Assembly: GCA_973895155.1 (NCBI GenBank)
Contig: OZ316893.1
Coordinates: 15,592,645-15,656,644, forward strand
From: Marsupella aquatica
Taxonomy: Eukaryota; Plantae; Marchantiophyta
DNA: 64,000 bases
Direction: 5' to 3'
Below the pieces are notes generated by a model, which was not told where the DNA came from, did not search any database, and saw only the letters and a list, made by a program, of their open reading frames with translations. This document shows, one piece after another, positions 23,995 through 36,876 of the stretch (position 1 is its first letter; each line of letters starts with the position of its first letter). A program made the translations under genes and the position numbers.

Positions 23995-24759
23995 GAACTT
24001 AAAGTCCTCATGGACACACAGGTTTGCTAGGATTTACCCTGATGGACACAACCATGTGACATTGTAAGAAGAATTTCCAATGACAACTAACAAACAGATC
24101 ACCCGTCTTTAATTAACGGAAGGAAACCTTACTTTAGACATTCAAAGAGACGAGTCCCTGGAACAGGATTAACTCTACCTCGGGAACCCTCCATGGAGTC
24201 CAAGAAATTTAAATAAAATGTCAGCTACTGTCAAAAGATTGCCTCCAGGGAGTCCAAGAAATTTAAACAAACTCTCCCACAAACAGATGCAAAGGGAAAA
24301 AGGCACTACACAAGAGGGGATAAGAAAGTTGAATTAAGTTAAGTCTCTAATTGAGAGGGAGCCAGGTCAGTAGTGTGTAAGGTGATGGCCTGAAAACTAA
24401 AGAGATGGGTGCAAAAAGGGGGGAACTCAGGGTGCTCCTTCCGGTAGGCTGTGAGGGAGTCCCGAGGTACAGTTAATGTTGTTCCAGGGACTCGTCTCTT
24501 TGAATCTTTAGACCTTATGGTTGAGTTAGTCGGTCACCGCATCCTTGCACGGAGGAAAAAATGGACAGAATACAGGAAGAATCAACCGAATACTGACTGG
24601 TCCCAGTCACATACCTCCTTACAGGTCACTTTGGGATTACAACCAAAAAGTGTGTTACAAGAGTAAAAAATGAAATCCAGTTTGTGTCCATCGGGTTGTG
24701 TGTGTCCATTCAATCAGGCTTTCTTCCAAACATGTGTGTCCATGGGGGCTTTAAGTTCA
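23995..24759. mobile_element. Mutator-type (MULE) MITE, ~765 bp
   Basis: TIRs gaacttaaagtcctcatggacacacaggtttg / caaacatgtgtgtccatgggggctttaagttc; 9-bp TSD GTATCTCAA at 23986-23994 and 24760-24768. Confidence 0.85.
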
Positions 24760-26006
24760 GTATCTCAAAGATTCAAAATTATGAATGATGACATTATACC
24801 AAAAAAAATGATCATAACCTTTATATAAATATATGTCACCAACCTCTACAATGACTAATGGTATGGCGGGTGGTATGGCATAAAACCAATCCTTATGACA
24901 AAAGTTTTTAACAACTTTGAGATGTCCTATTAGACTTATACTTAAATGTAGAAGCTGAAGCACTGAAAAGTGAGGTGAAAAAAAAAACTTAATATGTGGA
25001 AGTGTAAAACCTCAAGTGAGACCTGTTAACTAACCAAAACTGAGGTTGAATGAGTTTTAGTATCATTCTCAAAATTGCAAGTCAAGTACAGAAACGGTAT
25101 TGAGCAGCAGCAGCTTCTGATGAATTGCAGCAGCACAATCATTCAAGACCAGCTCCAAGCTATAGCTTTAAAGATCACCGTGTTTGCACTGAGGGCAATG
25201 ATTCAAAGCCATTTTCTAGAAAACAAAACAAGAAACTCCAACAGCAAAGGTAGAGAGGGTTAAACAAACACAGAGCTTTGCACAATTAGTTTAGCAATGG
25301 AGGAAAAATCATGAGAAGCAAATCCAGAGCCATACACAGCATATACGTTCTCTCTTTCTCAAATGCTCTATGGCAACACACTTGTTCTCAGAGCCTCCTT
25401 GGTGGCACAACGCAAGCAAAGTTGGACAGACAAACTCTGGGTGACTTTCAATAAAAACAGCTTTTGGAAGCATGAGTGCAATTTCACCCCTGATTCAAAC
25501 ACCCAACTGTCATATTGGGTTGGAAACCTAACTCACACCGAACCCAAGTTACATGACTGTTGACTCACCCACCTTCTGGCACTTTACACTAAGCTCTATT
25601 ATATTGCACTAGATTAGTCATAGATGAAAACTGGCAAATCCAGGTTTTAGCCAAAAATGACTGACCCTTGTGGTTAATGACGTGACTTAAAACCAGGTTT
25701 TAAAGAAGGCATCTATACGTAGATAGGTTTAATTGCACATACGCTATCTTGCTTGCATTTTTTATTATCAAAACAAGTACAGTACAGCCGAAATTGGCAC
25801 ATGAAACTCATGCTTGTATTTCCTCAGGGACAGAATTTTTTTAACTTATAGAAATTTTTACGGCTTATGGATATCTGGACTTGTCAGGGACCAATCAGTG
25901 ATAGAAACTTGTCAGGGACAATCAGTGAAGAATATATGACAATACACCGCGAACCATCGACTACAGAAATACAGAATGATGCGCATGCAACCCGGTTTTC
26001 ACTGTC

Positions 26007-26795
26007 GGACAATATGTGTCCTTGTCCGACACGACAAATGATAATTTGTCCGCCCAAAAATGATAATTTGTCCGCCCAAAAATGCTCTATTTGTCCAATA
26101 TTCCCTTATCTTCCCCGGCCGAGACCAAAAAATTCCTGGCCCACACCCGGCCTGGTCAAAAACTTTCCCGGCCCGGTCCTAAAATCTCCCGGCCAAGTCC
26201 CGGACGCCCCCGGTTAAGTGAGCCGGCCCCTGGTTTAGGGTCGGGGCCGGGGGTTAGGGGGTCGGGGCTGCAGTGGGGCACGGGGTCAGGGCAGGGGGGT
26301 AAGGGGAGGTCAGGGGGACGGGGCCGGGGCGGACCGGGGAGGGCCGGGAGGGGGAGGTTGGGGAGGGGGAGGTTCGAAGGTTGGGGTAGGGGAGGTCGGG
26401 GGGGGGGTCGGGGAGGACCGGGCGAGGGGCAGGATTGGGGCGGGGAGCAGGGCCGTGGGGGAGTGGAGGTCCGGGGGGAGACGGCCGGACCGGGATGGGA
26501 GGCGGGGTCGGGCCGGGGAGCAAGGCCGGGGGGGGAGGGGAGGTCCGGGGGGAGACAGCCGGGCCGGGGAGGACCGGGATGGGAGAGAGGGGGGGCCGGG
26601 TAGGGCAGCGGGGCCAGTGGGAGGGGGAGGTCCGGGTGGACGTGGCCGGGCTGGGGAGGACCAGGCCGGGGTTTGGGGGAGGGGTCCCGACCCGCCTCTA
26701 TTTTCTCCCGGCCCAACCCTCTCACCTGGCCGGGATTGGCCGGGATCGACTGGGACGACATATGTCATTTGTCGTCCCAAATCCTCCTATTTGTC
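26007..26795. repeat. extremely G-rich low-complexity insertion, probably a non-autonomous DNA element
   Basis: Dense G-runs (ggggagggaggtccggggggagac repeats); imperfect inverted ends ggacaa...acgacaaatga / tcatttgtcgt...ttgtcc; absent from duplication copy A. Confidence 0.55.
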
Positions 26796-28517
26796 CTTTG
26801 TACTTATTTTAATGTTACTGGATCATTCCGCCCTATTTAACAAGGGAGTAAGTCCCTAACGCGACTGTTCCCTGGCTGCATTGCCGTGTTTGCGGTCAAA
26901 TCCATTCTAAATACAGACGGAGAACTCCTGCTTGCGGCTCAAGAGACTTCATTGCGTGAACCAGTCTCTTGGAGATACTGCCGCCTCGAGTTGAGCTAGA
27001 TAAACCCTCGATGCCGGTAGCTCCATCATCTTTCCACCACTGGTTGCCAAAAAATCATTGTACTTGGCCTTGCATTGCGTCAATCCCACGATTGCTTACT
27101 TCTGCCCAAAGTTGGCCCAAAACAGCCATATCTTCACGTGGTGAAATGTGGTAATCGAGGCGCTACGGCATTACATGAAAGTAATGTGTGCTTCATCTGA
27201 ACCGGTTACATCTGAGAACTTAGTTTTAGCGGGTGGATGGGGTAACACAGAACTACAGCCGGGGTGGACCACAATGTTTGACAAATGACTTGCATCGACC
27301 ATCGCTGCCCCAGATGGATCATCTCCAAACCAACTCAGCTAGGATCATTTGGGTCTTAAAAGATGCTAGGTCAATATTAGTTGCATAGTAGAAGGCTTTA
27401 GTTCTGCTGTTGTGGAACTCTCAGGCTTTTGGCTCTTGGGCTTTGGCTCTAGAGCACTAATGTACTCTCTTATGTTCCCAAATTTCCATTTCCCTGTTAA
27501 AACAATAATTTTAGCTTCATCAATCCAGTTAATGAGCTAAGATCTCCACTCACCGGAGGTCCATGTACTAACAGACGTTTGGGAACCATCAGATCTTCCT
27601 GGAGTTTAGGAGGGGAGTCAGATCTGGCAAATAGTTCTGTTAGACAGGTCAGTACCTGGCTAAGGAAGGGAGAAAATCTGAAAAAAAAATCTTTGTATTG
27701 GTTGTTTTTTTTGTGAGAATTTGGTGTAAATTAGCCAAAAGAAGAAGGCTGCCGAGCACCCGTCAATCAAATTATTCTTAGAAAAACTGGCTGTTGCTTG
27801 ATCTGGAAACCAAACCCCATGTACATAAACACTTGACAAAAATGCATAGATGGACTAAAAATATATAAAAGTTTTGATGGTACTGATGTAGCATTCTGCC
27901 TTGGGTTAATTGATATATATTTTTTCAAGACGTGTGGTCTGGAATGAAGACTGGACACCAAGTTCAAAGAATGGTCACTCAAGCTAGTATATAACTTGAA
28001 TCAATAGGAAAACTAATGTGGGTGAGGTGGTGACATTTGTATCCCTCTTTCTTTCTATCATAAATGATAGACTGCATGTCACCTTACACTGAAATTTTGA
28101 CATAGAAGTCAAAGGTGATTGACCACCAATTTCAGTTATTAGAATTTGTTGGTCAAGACACTCCCTACCAATTATAATTTCAGCTCCGTGTTCTCTTGTT
28201 CAAACCTTAAAGTAAAACTTGTTCTGATACAGGTCCTTGTAACCAGACTGGCACCTTCCATTGACCCAGGGACTGGGAATGTCATAGAAGCATAAAGTAA
28301 AGTCTACCTTGTCTAGTGCAGCTCCGGGGAGACAACCCAAGCCTGCAGTTATCTATGCTATGCATGTGTTTCATAAGTGCATGTTGCACTTTTCCATATT
28401 TGTCTGTTGCACTTTTCAGTAAGTGCCTATGAAATCATTTATACACTTACACAAATGTTTTGTCAAGTCATAGATTTCTCATACCCAAAATACATGATTC
28501 AATTGAATAAGTGGAGA

Positions 28518-28668
28518 GATTTGCTTGGTGGGACCCCAAATGAAAATGTTTTACTTAATTGGACTCTTGAAAGTTTAGGTCCATTTATTCAAGGTAAATC
28601 AACTGTGTGAATCACTCAAGGGTCCTATCAAGTAAAACATTTTCATTTGGGGTCCCACCAAACAAATC
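28518..28668. repeat. foldback inverted repeat (53-bp arms, 45-nt loop)
   Basis: gatttgcttggtgggaccccaaatgaaaatgttttacttaattggactcttga pairs with 28616-28668 with about 4 mismatches. Confidence 0.85.
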
Positions 28669-30378
28669 CCTCGAATAAATGCATGAAACTTTCTATTATA
28701 CTTGTCAATAAATACTTCTAACATATATGTTGTATTGATTAATGTATCTGTATTCTTATAGATAAAAATGTCTTTATGTATTTGTTTTTTAGTGACAAAT
28801 AATCTGTACTTTATAGAGAAAAATGTCCTTATGTATTTGTGTTTTAGTGACAAATAATTTGCACTTACAGACAATGCATTTTTTGGTGTATTCATAAAAT
28901 ATTCTACTATATTATTGAGAAACTACACTATCACCCTTTGCAATTACTCACGGAATGCAGTTATTTTCGTTACACTTATTCATTGTACAATTGTAGTACC
29001 ATGGAATTTACAAGTTCTACGATAGCAATAACTACGGTAAAAGTCAGGGGGAAGTAGTCAGCAAGTCAAAATCTCGTGCGCACTCCTGCAGTCCTGAATC
29101 GTCAGTACCTCCATCAACGCGGCAGTAGAGGATGATGCTTCCCACTTCCCAGACCACTAGAGTACAGACCAGTCCTGGCAGCGAACAATAGCCAGGAGCC
29201 AGTCTAATCAACGGTTGACAGTGAGTAGAACGTACTCTCAGGGCTGCATCATGGTACTGTACCGTGTTTGACCTCCCATGGAATTGTTTCAGGCCAAATG
29301 TTTCAGCACATGAGTGCGTGATTGGTACAATATTCTGTTAGAGCATTGCTTCACTAGGAGCATTTCCATTTCACGGGCGTTGATTACTTAATTCGCTTGT
29401 AAGCAACGGGGAACGGGTTATTGTCAAGTGAACCTAACTTCAATATGGATTGGTCAGGACCTTTACGTCGGGGAAAATTACCTCGTTTGTGTAACCCTTC
29501 CGCTTCAGCTTACAATAATAAAGTTGGCGTGCCTCGTTTGCGACGAAGTCAAATGCGTTTCAAAAGAGGATACATTCTGCAGAAGAATAGTGACTCCTAC
29601 TGGGGACGCGGCTACAATGTAAAAACGCTGATTCGGAAGTGTCACATAATTTTCTATACCGATGCCCGATGCCTCCCAAGCGGTCATTGGAGTCAACGAG
29701 GAGGATACCTTAAGGAGTGCCCTTAGTAGCAAGACTCGAAAGACTTTGCTGAAGTACTCCTCAGGGACTGTCAGGTACTTTGTGGCTACACAAATAATAC
29801 CTGTATATACACAAGCTGGCTGCTGGCAGCCACGCGACTTAGGCACAACCCCGCCCGAAGAGCGGGCCCTAGCGTGAGGCTTGTAGCCCAAGCAAGGCTT
29901 GTAGCTCAAGTAAGAAGCTTTGCGAAGAATACGTGTGGGAATTCATGTCGATATAGCCCCAACAATACCACCATTAACTATATATTTGCAGCACTTTGAA
30001 TCGAACTGTATTGATTCGAGTCTTGAGGCGTCTTAGCAGCTCAGTACGTATTCACGCTGAACGAAGGAGGTAGCAGCAGTGAGTTGTGTTTGCATGTGTG
30101 GGAGTGTAGAGTGTAGCTTGGTCAGTTCGTAACGCACAATCTGATCGCTGCACGCTGCTATTACTGGAATTCGATCGTCGGATGAATTGCGCGCAGAGCT
30201 CTAACTTGTACATCCGACTGTACTTTGCGGCATTTTTAACGTGCTTCCTTCGCTTGCAGCTGTGGTCCACGGCATCGATCACTGTTGGGACAGTGGTAGT
30301 TCAGCTTCCAGCCAAAAGTGGGAGAGCTATCGCCGGTGAGGAAAGGCCAACCACCGGTAGCTTTCGTCAGTGACATCG

Positions 30379-30570
30379 ATGGATCTAGGGGAACAGTTTA
30401 GTGGATACGGAGCTCCAGCCGGAGCTCCAGCCCCTGCTTGGCTCGGAGTACCTCACCTGAAGCCGAAATTCGTGCCTGGCACCGGTTCGCGCAGCACTAA
30501 TACTGGGTCAGAGACCAGTAGCCAGCCACCTCGGGACGAGCCTCGGGAGACACAGGATCACAGTAGATAG
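30379..30570 (+). CDS. small ORF, 63 aa, MDLGEQFSGYGAPAGAPAPAWLG..., member of the MDPNE-FGY-PPWL family
   Basis: First ATG of track ORF 30370..30570; family motif at the N-terminus; TATA-like ctatatattt at ~29978. Confidence 0.55.
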   Translation: MDLGEQFSGYGAPAGAPAPAWLGVPHLKPKFVPGTGSRSTNTGSETSSQPPRDEPRETQDHSR

Positions 30571-32544
30571 GACATCGAGCTGTTCATCGACGTCAGTACT
30601 ATACTCATGAACATCTCTTTGGTCCTCGCCCCTTTCTCCTCGTTCATCTACATTAAATGGCAGTTATATTTTCGATCTACATGCTTCGAACTTGGCAAAC
30701 GCTGTTTTACACGGAGAAGAACGGAGAAGAACTATCGTGGTCGTGACAAGCTCACCAGCACCTTTCTACTATTTTCATGCTTGACACCAGTTTGTTGTTA
30801 CTCGTATCATCTACGGCAACCACTGTCGAAAGGGATTCTGTTCCTCAGTCACGTTCAGTGGGACTCATTCCATCTTCCCAATGGTTGACTCCTCAGACGC
30901 CTTCTCCAAGAGCAATGCAATCTTGCATTCATGACGAACAAGTGCCCAGGAAGGATGTGAAAACAACCGTAAAATGCTTCAGAATGCATTGAGACCGCGC
31001 CATTGCATGGTTTCATGCTATCAATCCTTAGAGTAGTACAAGAGCACCGTACTCGACATTTCGTAGATACGTCCCCGCCCGGCACATTGTCAGGAAGAAG
31101 CTCTTAGGTATATTTGGAAATTCGAGCTAGTACGCTCACGCCTGGAAGTTCAGTCAGTAGAACAATCATTTAGATTCGTCGACCATTACTTCATACAATT
31201 CTTCCTAATGAGATTCCTCCGGTGAATCTCAATCATTCAATACATCATGTGATTCTGCCATTCTGTTACAGTCAATTGCCTCTCAATTGGACGAATGTCG
31301 ATCCATGCTTCTTGGCTTCCTCTGCTCTTGAGCAGTATTGTATATTTCATTAGGAGACTATAGGCCTGGATCCATCACATTCGTTAGGGCAGATCCAGTT
31401 GTTGGCATTTATGGTTTTGCACTCCTTGATGAATGACGTGATTAAATTGGCCTCGAATCTATTAGTCTTCCTAACCTTATCTTCAGATTACAGATGGGTC
31501 GGCGACAGCCATGCTTCAACGGCAATATTCGCATTGCTCTTGGTTTAATTTACGAGTCCCCGTCTATATATGCTATCTGCGAACCATTCGGCACAGTGCA
31601 TGACATCCCGTAGTTCATCAAGAGAGTGATAAGACTTCCTTCCATCCCTACATGAAGACCATTTAACAAAGTTACGTACGAATAGTGGAGAGATTGTGCG
31701 AGGGATGAAATTTGCGTACGAATAGTTGAGATAGTAGAATGTCACAATGCATCCTTAATCAAATTTTGGGCTCATATAACGAACGGATCTTTGATAGGCA
31801 TTTTGGGCTCATATAGAACATTTACTATCAAAGGCAACCTAAGTCTCAGCATGAAGCCGTAATGTTCCAAATGTTACAGTACAGGCCGCTTTCTCTGGTC
31901 TTCAGAGGTGAAACATTGAATGCAGATGTCGGGCTTTTGCCAAGATAAGGAGAGACGGATAGACGGCGGCATAATCTTCCGACCAGAGCGGAAAGTTTGA
32001 AACAATATACTGTCCTGGATGGGATGTTTCATGTTGTTGTCTGGACTTGACTTGCGTTGTTTCCAACGGTCGCCAAGTTCGGACAACAGCACAAAATACG
32101 AATTTATGGGCTGATCGATTTGGCACTGCTTTTAATTCGTCATCAAGAGTTGTGTTACAATTTAGGTGTCCATATAGGAAGTCGGCTGAAGTTAATCTGA
32201 ACATGAACACATCATAAACCCAATTAGATTAAGACATTATATACTCTGCATGTTAGATTTGCTGAAGCAAGTGCACCTCGATTGGAAGTTTGATAGTCGA
32301 TCTGGGAAAATTGATTCAATTACGTCATCGAAAATCCTCTACCAAGGACGCGGTAACGGAAAGCATGCTTGAATGGGGACCGCCTACTATATAAAAATAT
32401 TAAACGTAATTGCCTATCTTGCTTTCAATGCTCATTGGCTCCCATACACAACTAGTAACAATTCTCAGAATTCTTTTTGCCTCAGCAATATATCCAACAA
32501 AGCTAGGATCCGATCCAGAAATCGTCCACTAGTAGAAAACAATG

Positions 32545-33260
32545 TATTTTATGACCGAAACAATGACTATTAATCAGGTCTTTTTAACAAAACAAACACG
32601 CAATTGTTCTCGTCTTTCCAGACACGTCACAACAGACATTTTGGTCACGGTCCTTTTGGACAAATGACGCTAAAAACATGTGGTCATTTCATACTATCCT
32701 AAATGACCGTTTTTATGATATGGTCATAAATGTTGAACGGTCCAAAATGACGACACAAATCACCATCGACGGTCAATTGCCGTTGACCGTCGATGGTCCC
32801 CGTACCCAATCACACAATGACACATGGCAATAAAAAAACAAATAACATTGGTCATTTTGGACTTGTCCAAAATGACGTACATTATATAACAAATCAAATA
32901 GTGACACATGGTTCAAAGAGGATTCACCATTTGGCAATATATTTGGGTCATTTTGGACGTGTCCAAAATGACTACAGTATAAACAAGTCATATTGAGACA
33001 CGTGGTTCAATTGGGAGAAGACACGTAAAGATACACATTAGTCATTAATGACATGTCTTGAATGACATAAAGTGAGTCATAGTGGACTTGTTTATAATGA
33101 CCATGAGAAAGGTCATTATATATGTCATTCTTTGAATCATTTAGTCTATGTCTTTAATGACCAGAGTTGAGTCATATTGGTCACAAAGATAGTTGTGAAT
33201 AATGACCATTACATCAGTCATTCTAGCCAGTCATTTAATCATTCAAGCCAGTCATTCAGA
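32545..33260. repeat. left subterminal repeat region (ATGAC/GTCAT motifs)
   Basis: Many atgac/gtcat motifs in both orientations next to the TIR, typical of CACTA TnpA-binding regions. Confidence 0.8.
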
Positions 33261-33610
33261 CGAAGTATTCAATGATTTGGAGAAATTCAAATTTAAGTGA
33301 TCATGATAGATAAAACTTGATGTCAATCAAAAATCATACATTACAAAACCATTCAATAGAGTTGCTAAATGAAAACTTAAAGAAACATTCGATATATATC
33401 ACAAATCCAATTGATATTCATACAAGATACCTTCATAAGTCTCACGGTAAATATTGAACTCAATGCAAATTTATGAAACAAAATTACATTGACATCAATA
33501 ATATTAGATTGTCAATTGTTACAACCTGACATACCAATCACTCTGCATGTTTATAGAAAAACAGAGTTGTCATTCTATCATGTCTATTGTTTCTTGATAG
33601 AGTGCTATTT

Positions 33611-36600
33611 CTATTGCTTCTTAAGCAATCTAGAGTTCCATAGGGCATTCATCCCTTTCACATCAGATAATTTAGACTGGTTCTCCCCTGAATTGGCAAA
33701 TGGCAATGCCACATCTACAAACACTTCAATCACACGCACTCGCAAGAAAGGGCTTTCAAAATCTGCACAATGAAACTTATCTTCTCCTGGCAGCCCTGTC
33801 ACCTCACCTTCTGCCACTATCATGGAATTGTCCACAACGCTCTTCATCTTCACCAAATCTCCTCTTGCAAACTGTGAACAACACATTTTGTTAAAAATGC
33901 AATAAACAGAAATTGAAAGATAGAAGAACACTCAAATCAAACACACATTTACCTTTGCAACGGGGTTAGGAGACTGCATTGGTTTCTTCTGTGCAGGTGA
34001 TGCATTTGCTGAGGATCCTTTCTTCCTTTTCTTCTTTCCCTTTCTAGTTGATGGAGTGTCATCCTGTTCACTTGGAATGGGAGTTTCTTTTGGCAACTCA
34101 GATGATTCTGGGGTTACATCTGGTGTCAACTGAGTCGACTTATCCTCTGGCAACTGAAAGGCATCTGAAATGGCTTCTTTGGGCAACTTAGATGGCAAAA
34201 GGTTCACTTCCAATTCAGTTTGCTTTAGAGTACTGTTAGCTGTGTCAGTTGGTCTTCCCTGCGATACAGGAGGCTCCCCTAAAGATGCTGTCATAAAACA
34301 CACACAAAAGAAATGCATAAACAAACATGTATACACCAGCAACATATAATCACACTAAAAACATGCAAGAACATTATAAACATGCAATGACATATACACA
34401 TCACAATAATTACATTGAATGGACAGTGTATACATGATAGAGAATTTTACCTTCATTATCGCCTGAAAAAGTAAGAGATCGCTTTCTACTACCTTGTTTG
34501 GTAGTTGTAGTCAACTTACTGTGACTAGGCACAACTGTTGGAACTTGTGCATTACTGGGGTGATGTGCCATCCACGTAGTCATCATGTTTGTCAACTCCC
34601 TCATAGTGCCTTTCAACTCAGCGACATCCAATTTCACAGCCCCAATGGCAGTGATCTCTTCTTTTGAATGTGGGGTCTGTAAATGAACCACAAACCAACA
34701 CAACAGTCTCACTGTCAAACTTACAAACGACACAACACTGGCTCTGTCAAATGGAGAATGATGTACAAATCAAATTGGTATGACAATACTCACAGCTGAT
34801 CCATGTCTGTTTCCTTGCCCCAGTAAGCTAGCACTTTTACCCTCCCCACTTGCCAATGATGGGCTCACCTTTGCTCCCACAAAACTACCAGTCTGACCTT
34901 CTGCACTTGCCAATGATGGGCTCATTGTCACCTTTGGCAATGAACCCTGACTACCATGGTTTTCTTTCAGGTCAGATATACCTGGGCTTGATCCTCTCTT
35001 CTGCTTCTGTTCAAACACACAATGAATGAGAAATCATAGAGTTTGTTTTCATCAAGATTCACAAACAAGACAGAATTGATAGTGAAAATGATAGACAATT
35101 TACCATTCTCTTTGCTGCTGCAGCATGCCCTCCCCTTCCAAAGTGAGAGGTATCTTGCACTCGTGCTCTTTTATCAGTCATCTGTTTACTCAAAGATATC
35201 AATGCTGGACTGGTAAAATGAGATACCAAAGCTGCCCATTTCTTTGGATCAACACCAGATGGCCCAGGTTTGGTTGGATCCTCATTGCAAACTTTCTTCC
35301 AATAAACATGCATTTTATGGCGCTCTCTCTTCAATATGCCACGACAATGACTCTGGAATTTGGTGTTAATAAATTCCCCACCCACATACTCCCACTCAGC
35401 TGCCATGTTATTCCACACTGTGGTTGTATGAACTTGTGGATGATCAGTCCATTTTGGCTTTGATACATCAAAGACTCTGAGTACGTTGCCACGAAGTTCC
35501 TCCAGCCAGTATTGTTTGTTGCCATCAGAATCATCAATATCATTGTCATAAATCTGCATTTCACAGACAATGTCAGATCATAACTCTGGAATTTATGCAG
35601 AGTCCAGGTTTTATACACACAACAACAGAGAGGATCAGATTTGTCTAAATCTACAAACAAGTACAATACTCACTTTAATGTGTTTGGGCACCTCTCCGCA
35701 ATCCCTTCGTTGTTTGGCAGTATTATCAAACTGCTTCTTAGCATGCCTTCGTTCCCTGCGCATCTCAGAGGCCCCTCCTGCAATGCACACACATGCATTC
35801 AATCAAAAAATATGTACATGATTGAAAAGTTGAGAAAATGTACTTGCATATGCATGACGAGCAGATTGTGTATTACCTGAAGATCCTCTGGAATGTAGTA
35901 CATCAGATTGACCTGATCTGCCTTCAGATGCTGATGGAACCACTAAACAAACACACAACACCAAAGCACTTCAATTAATTTCATTTCCAAGTAGAATATC
36001 AACTTCCAAACACACCTGAAAAGTAGAACAGTACAATCCACTCACTTTCATATAAGAGTCCAGTGTCTGGGTCTTTCCAACATCTCACTAGCCCACCTCC
36101 ACCAGGCCCAGACTTCTTAGGACCACGATTTTGTTTCTGTACCTACATCATGGACAACGTAAGCATATCAACATATAATTTGAAAAAGGGACAAGGATCC
36201 CTTCCTATTAGGATGATGAAGTTCAAGCATTACCTGTTGTGCACTCTCTGGTTCTGACCCTCCAATGTCAGAATCCTCAGTGTCATACTCAGAAGGAGAA
36301 CCATAGCCATCATCACCAAACTCTGCCATGTTCACCTTGGTAACTTCTGATAGTCTAGAGCTCCTCCTCTTTGGCAATGTTTCAGTTGAAGTACCTTTCA
36401 CCAAAGCAGGCTTTCCTCTCTCTCGTTGTACATGTGTGGTTGGGCCTCTAAGGAACAAAGCAATCATCAACATACACCAATGCAGATCAAACATACATGC
36501 AAAATGAATCTACAACACCGTAACACTAGTACTTATGTACAGGATCCATACTAGTATGAGACCAATCTGGAATATGAAAACAGAACATGAACCTGACAAC

Positions 36601-36790
36601 TCCATCTACTGAATCAAATTTGCAATAGACATATCAAAACACACGTCAGCTTGCAGTCTGGCCCCAGTCCTAGATCACGCATAATTCTGACATTATGCTC
36701 TATGTTCCGATTTCGGGCCTCCTCATAAGGATTCACAGAATGTGACAACCCTTGCAATCTTCCTTTCACAGGCTGCATTCACCAACTGCA
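33611..36790 (-). CDS. CACTA ORF2 / TnpA-like protein (multi-exon; Ptta/En/Spm Transposase_24-like region, C-terminal Tnp1-like domain); boundaries approximate
   Basis: GT-AG-bounded exons include ~35555-35103 (KWAALVSHFTS...SKQMTDKRARV...HFGRGG), ~35008-34791, ~34677-34450, ~34290-33952 and ~33873-33611 (VAEGEV...H...RVRV...VALPF...KLSDVKGMNALW, stop at 33611). The 5' exons are uncertain. Confidence 0.72.
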
Positions 36791-36876
36791 CAAATGGGTA
36801 AACCATTAGTCTGATTTCATAAATAGTCCATACATGTAGTCCATCTATGGACTTCACACACCTAGCTAAAACCTAT

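Larger units (their letters stand above)
19580..27130. repeat. segmental duplication copy B (cassette B), expanded by several insertions
   Basis: Colinear with 1780-5340. Extra sequence at ~19810-20460, 22976-23561, ~23850-25940 and ~26000-26830 is absent from copy A. Confidence 0.85.

Noticed and set aside
26082-26859. Six overlapping Gly/Arg- and Pro-rich ORFs (extensin- or collagen-like look)
   Set aside because: All frames are open because the G-rich repeat lacks stop codons; the block is an insertion relative to duplication copy A.
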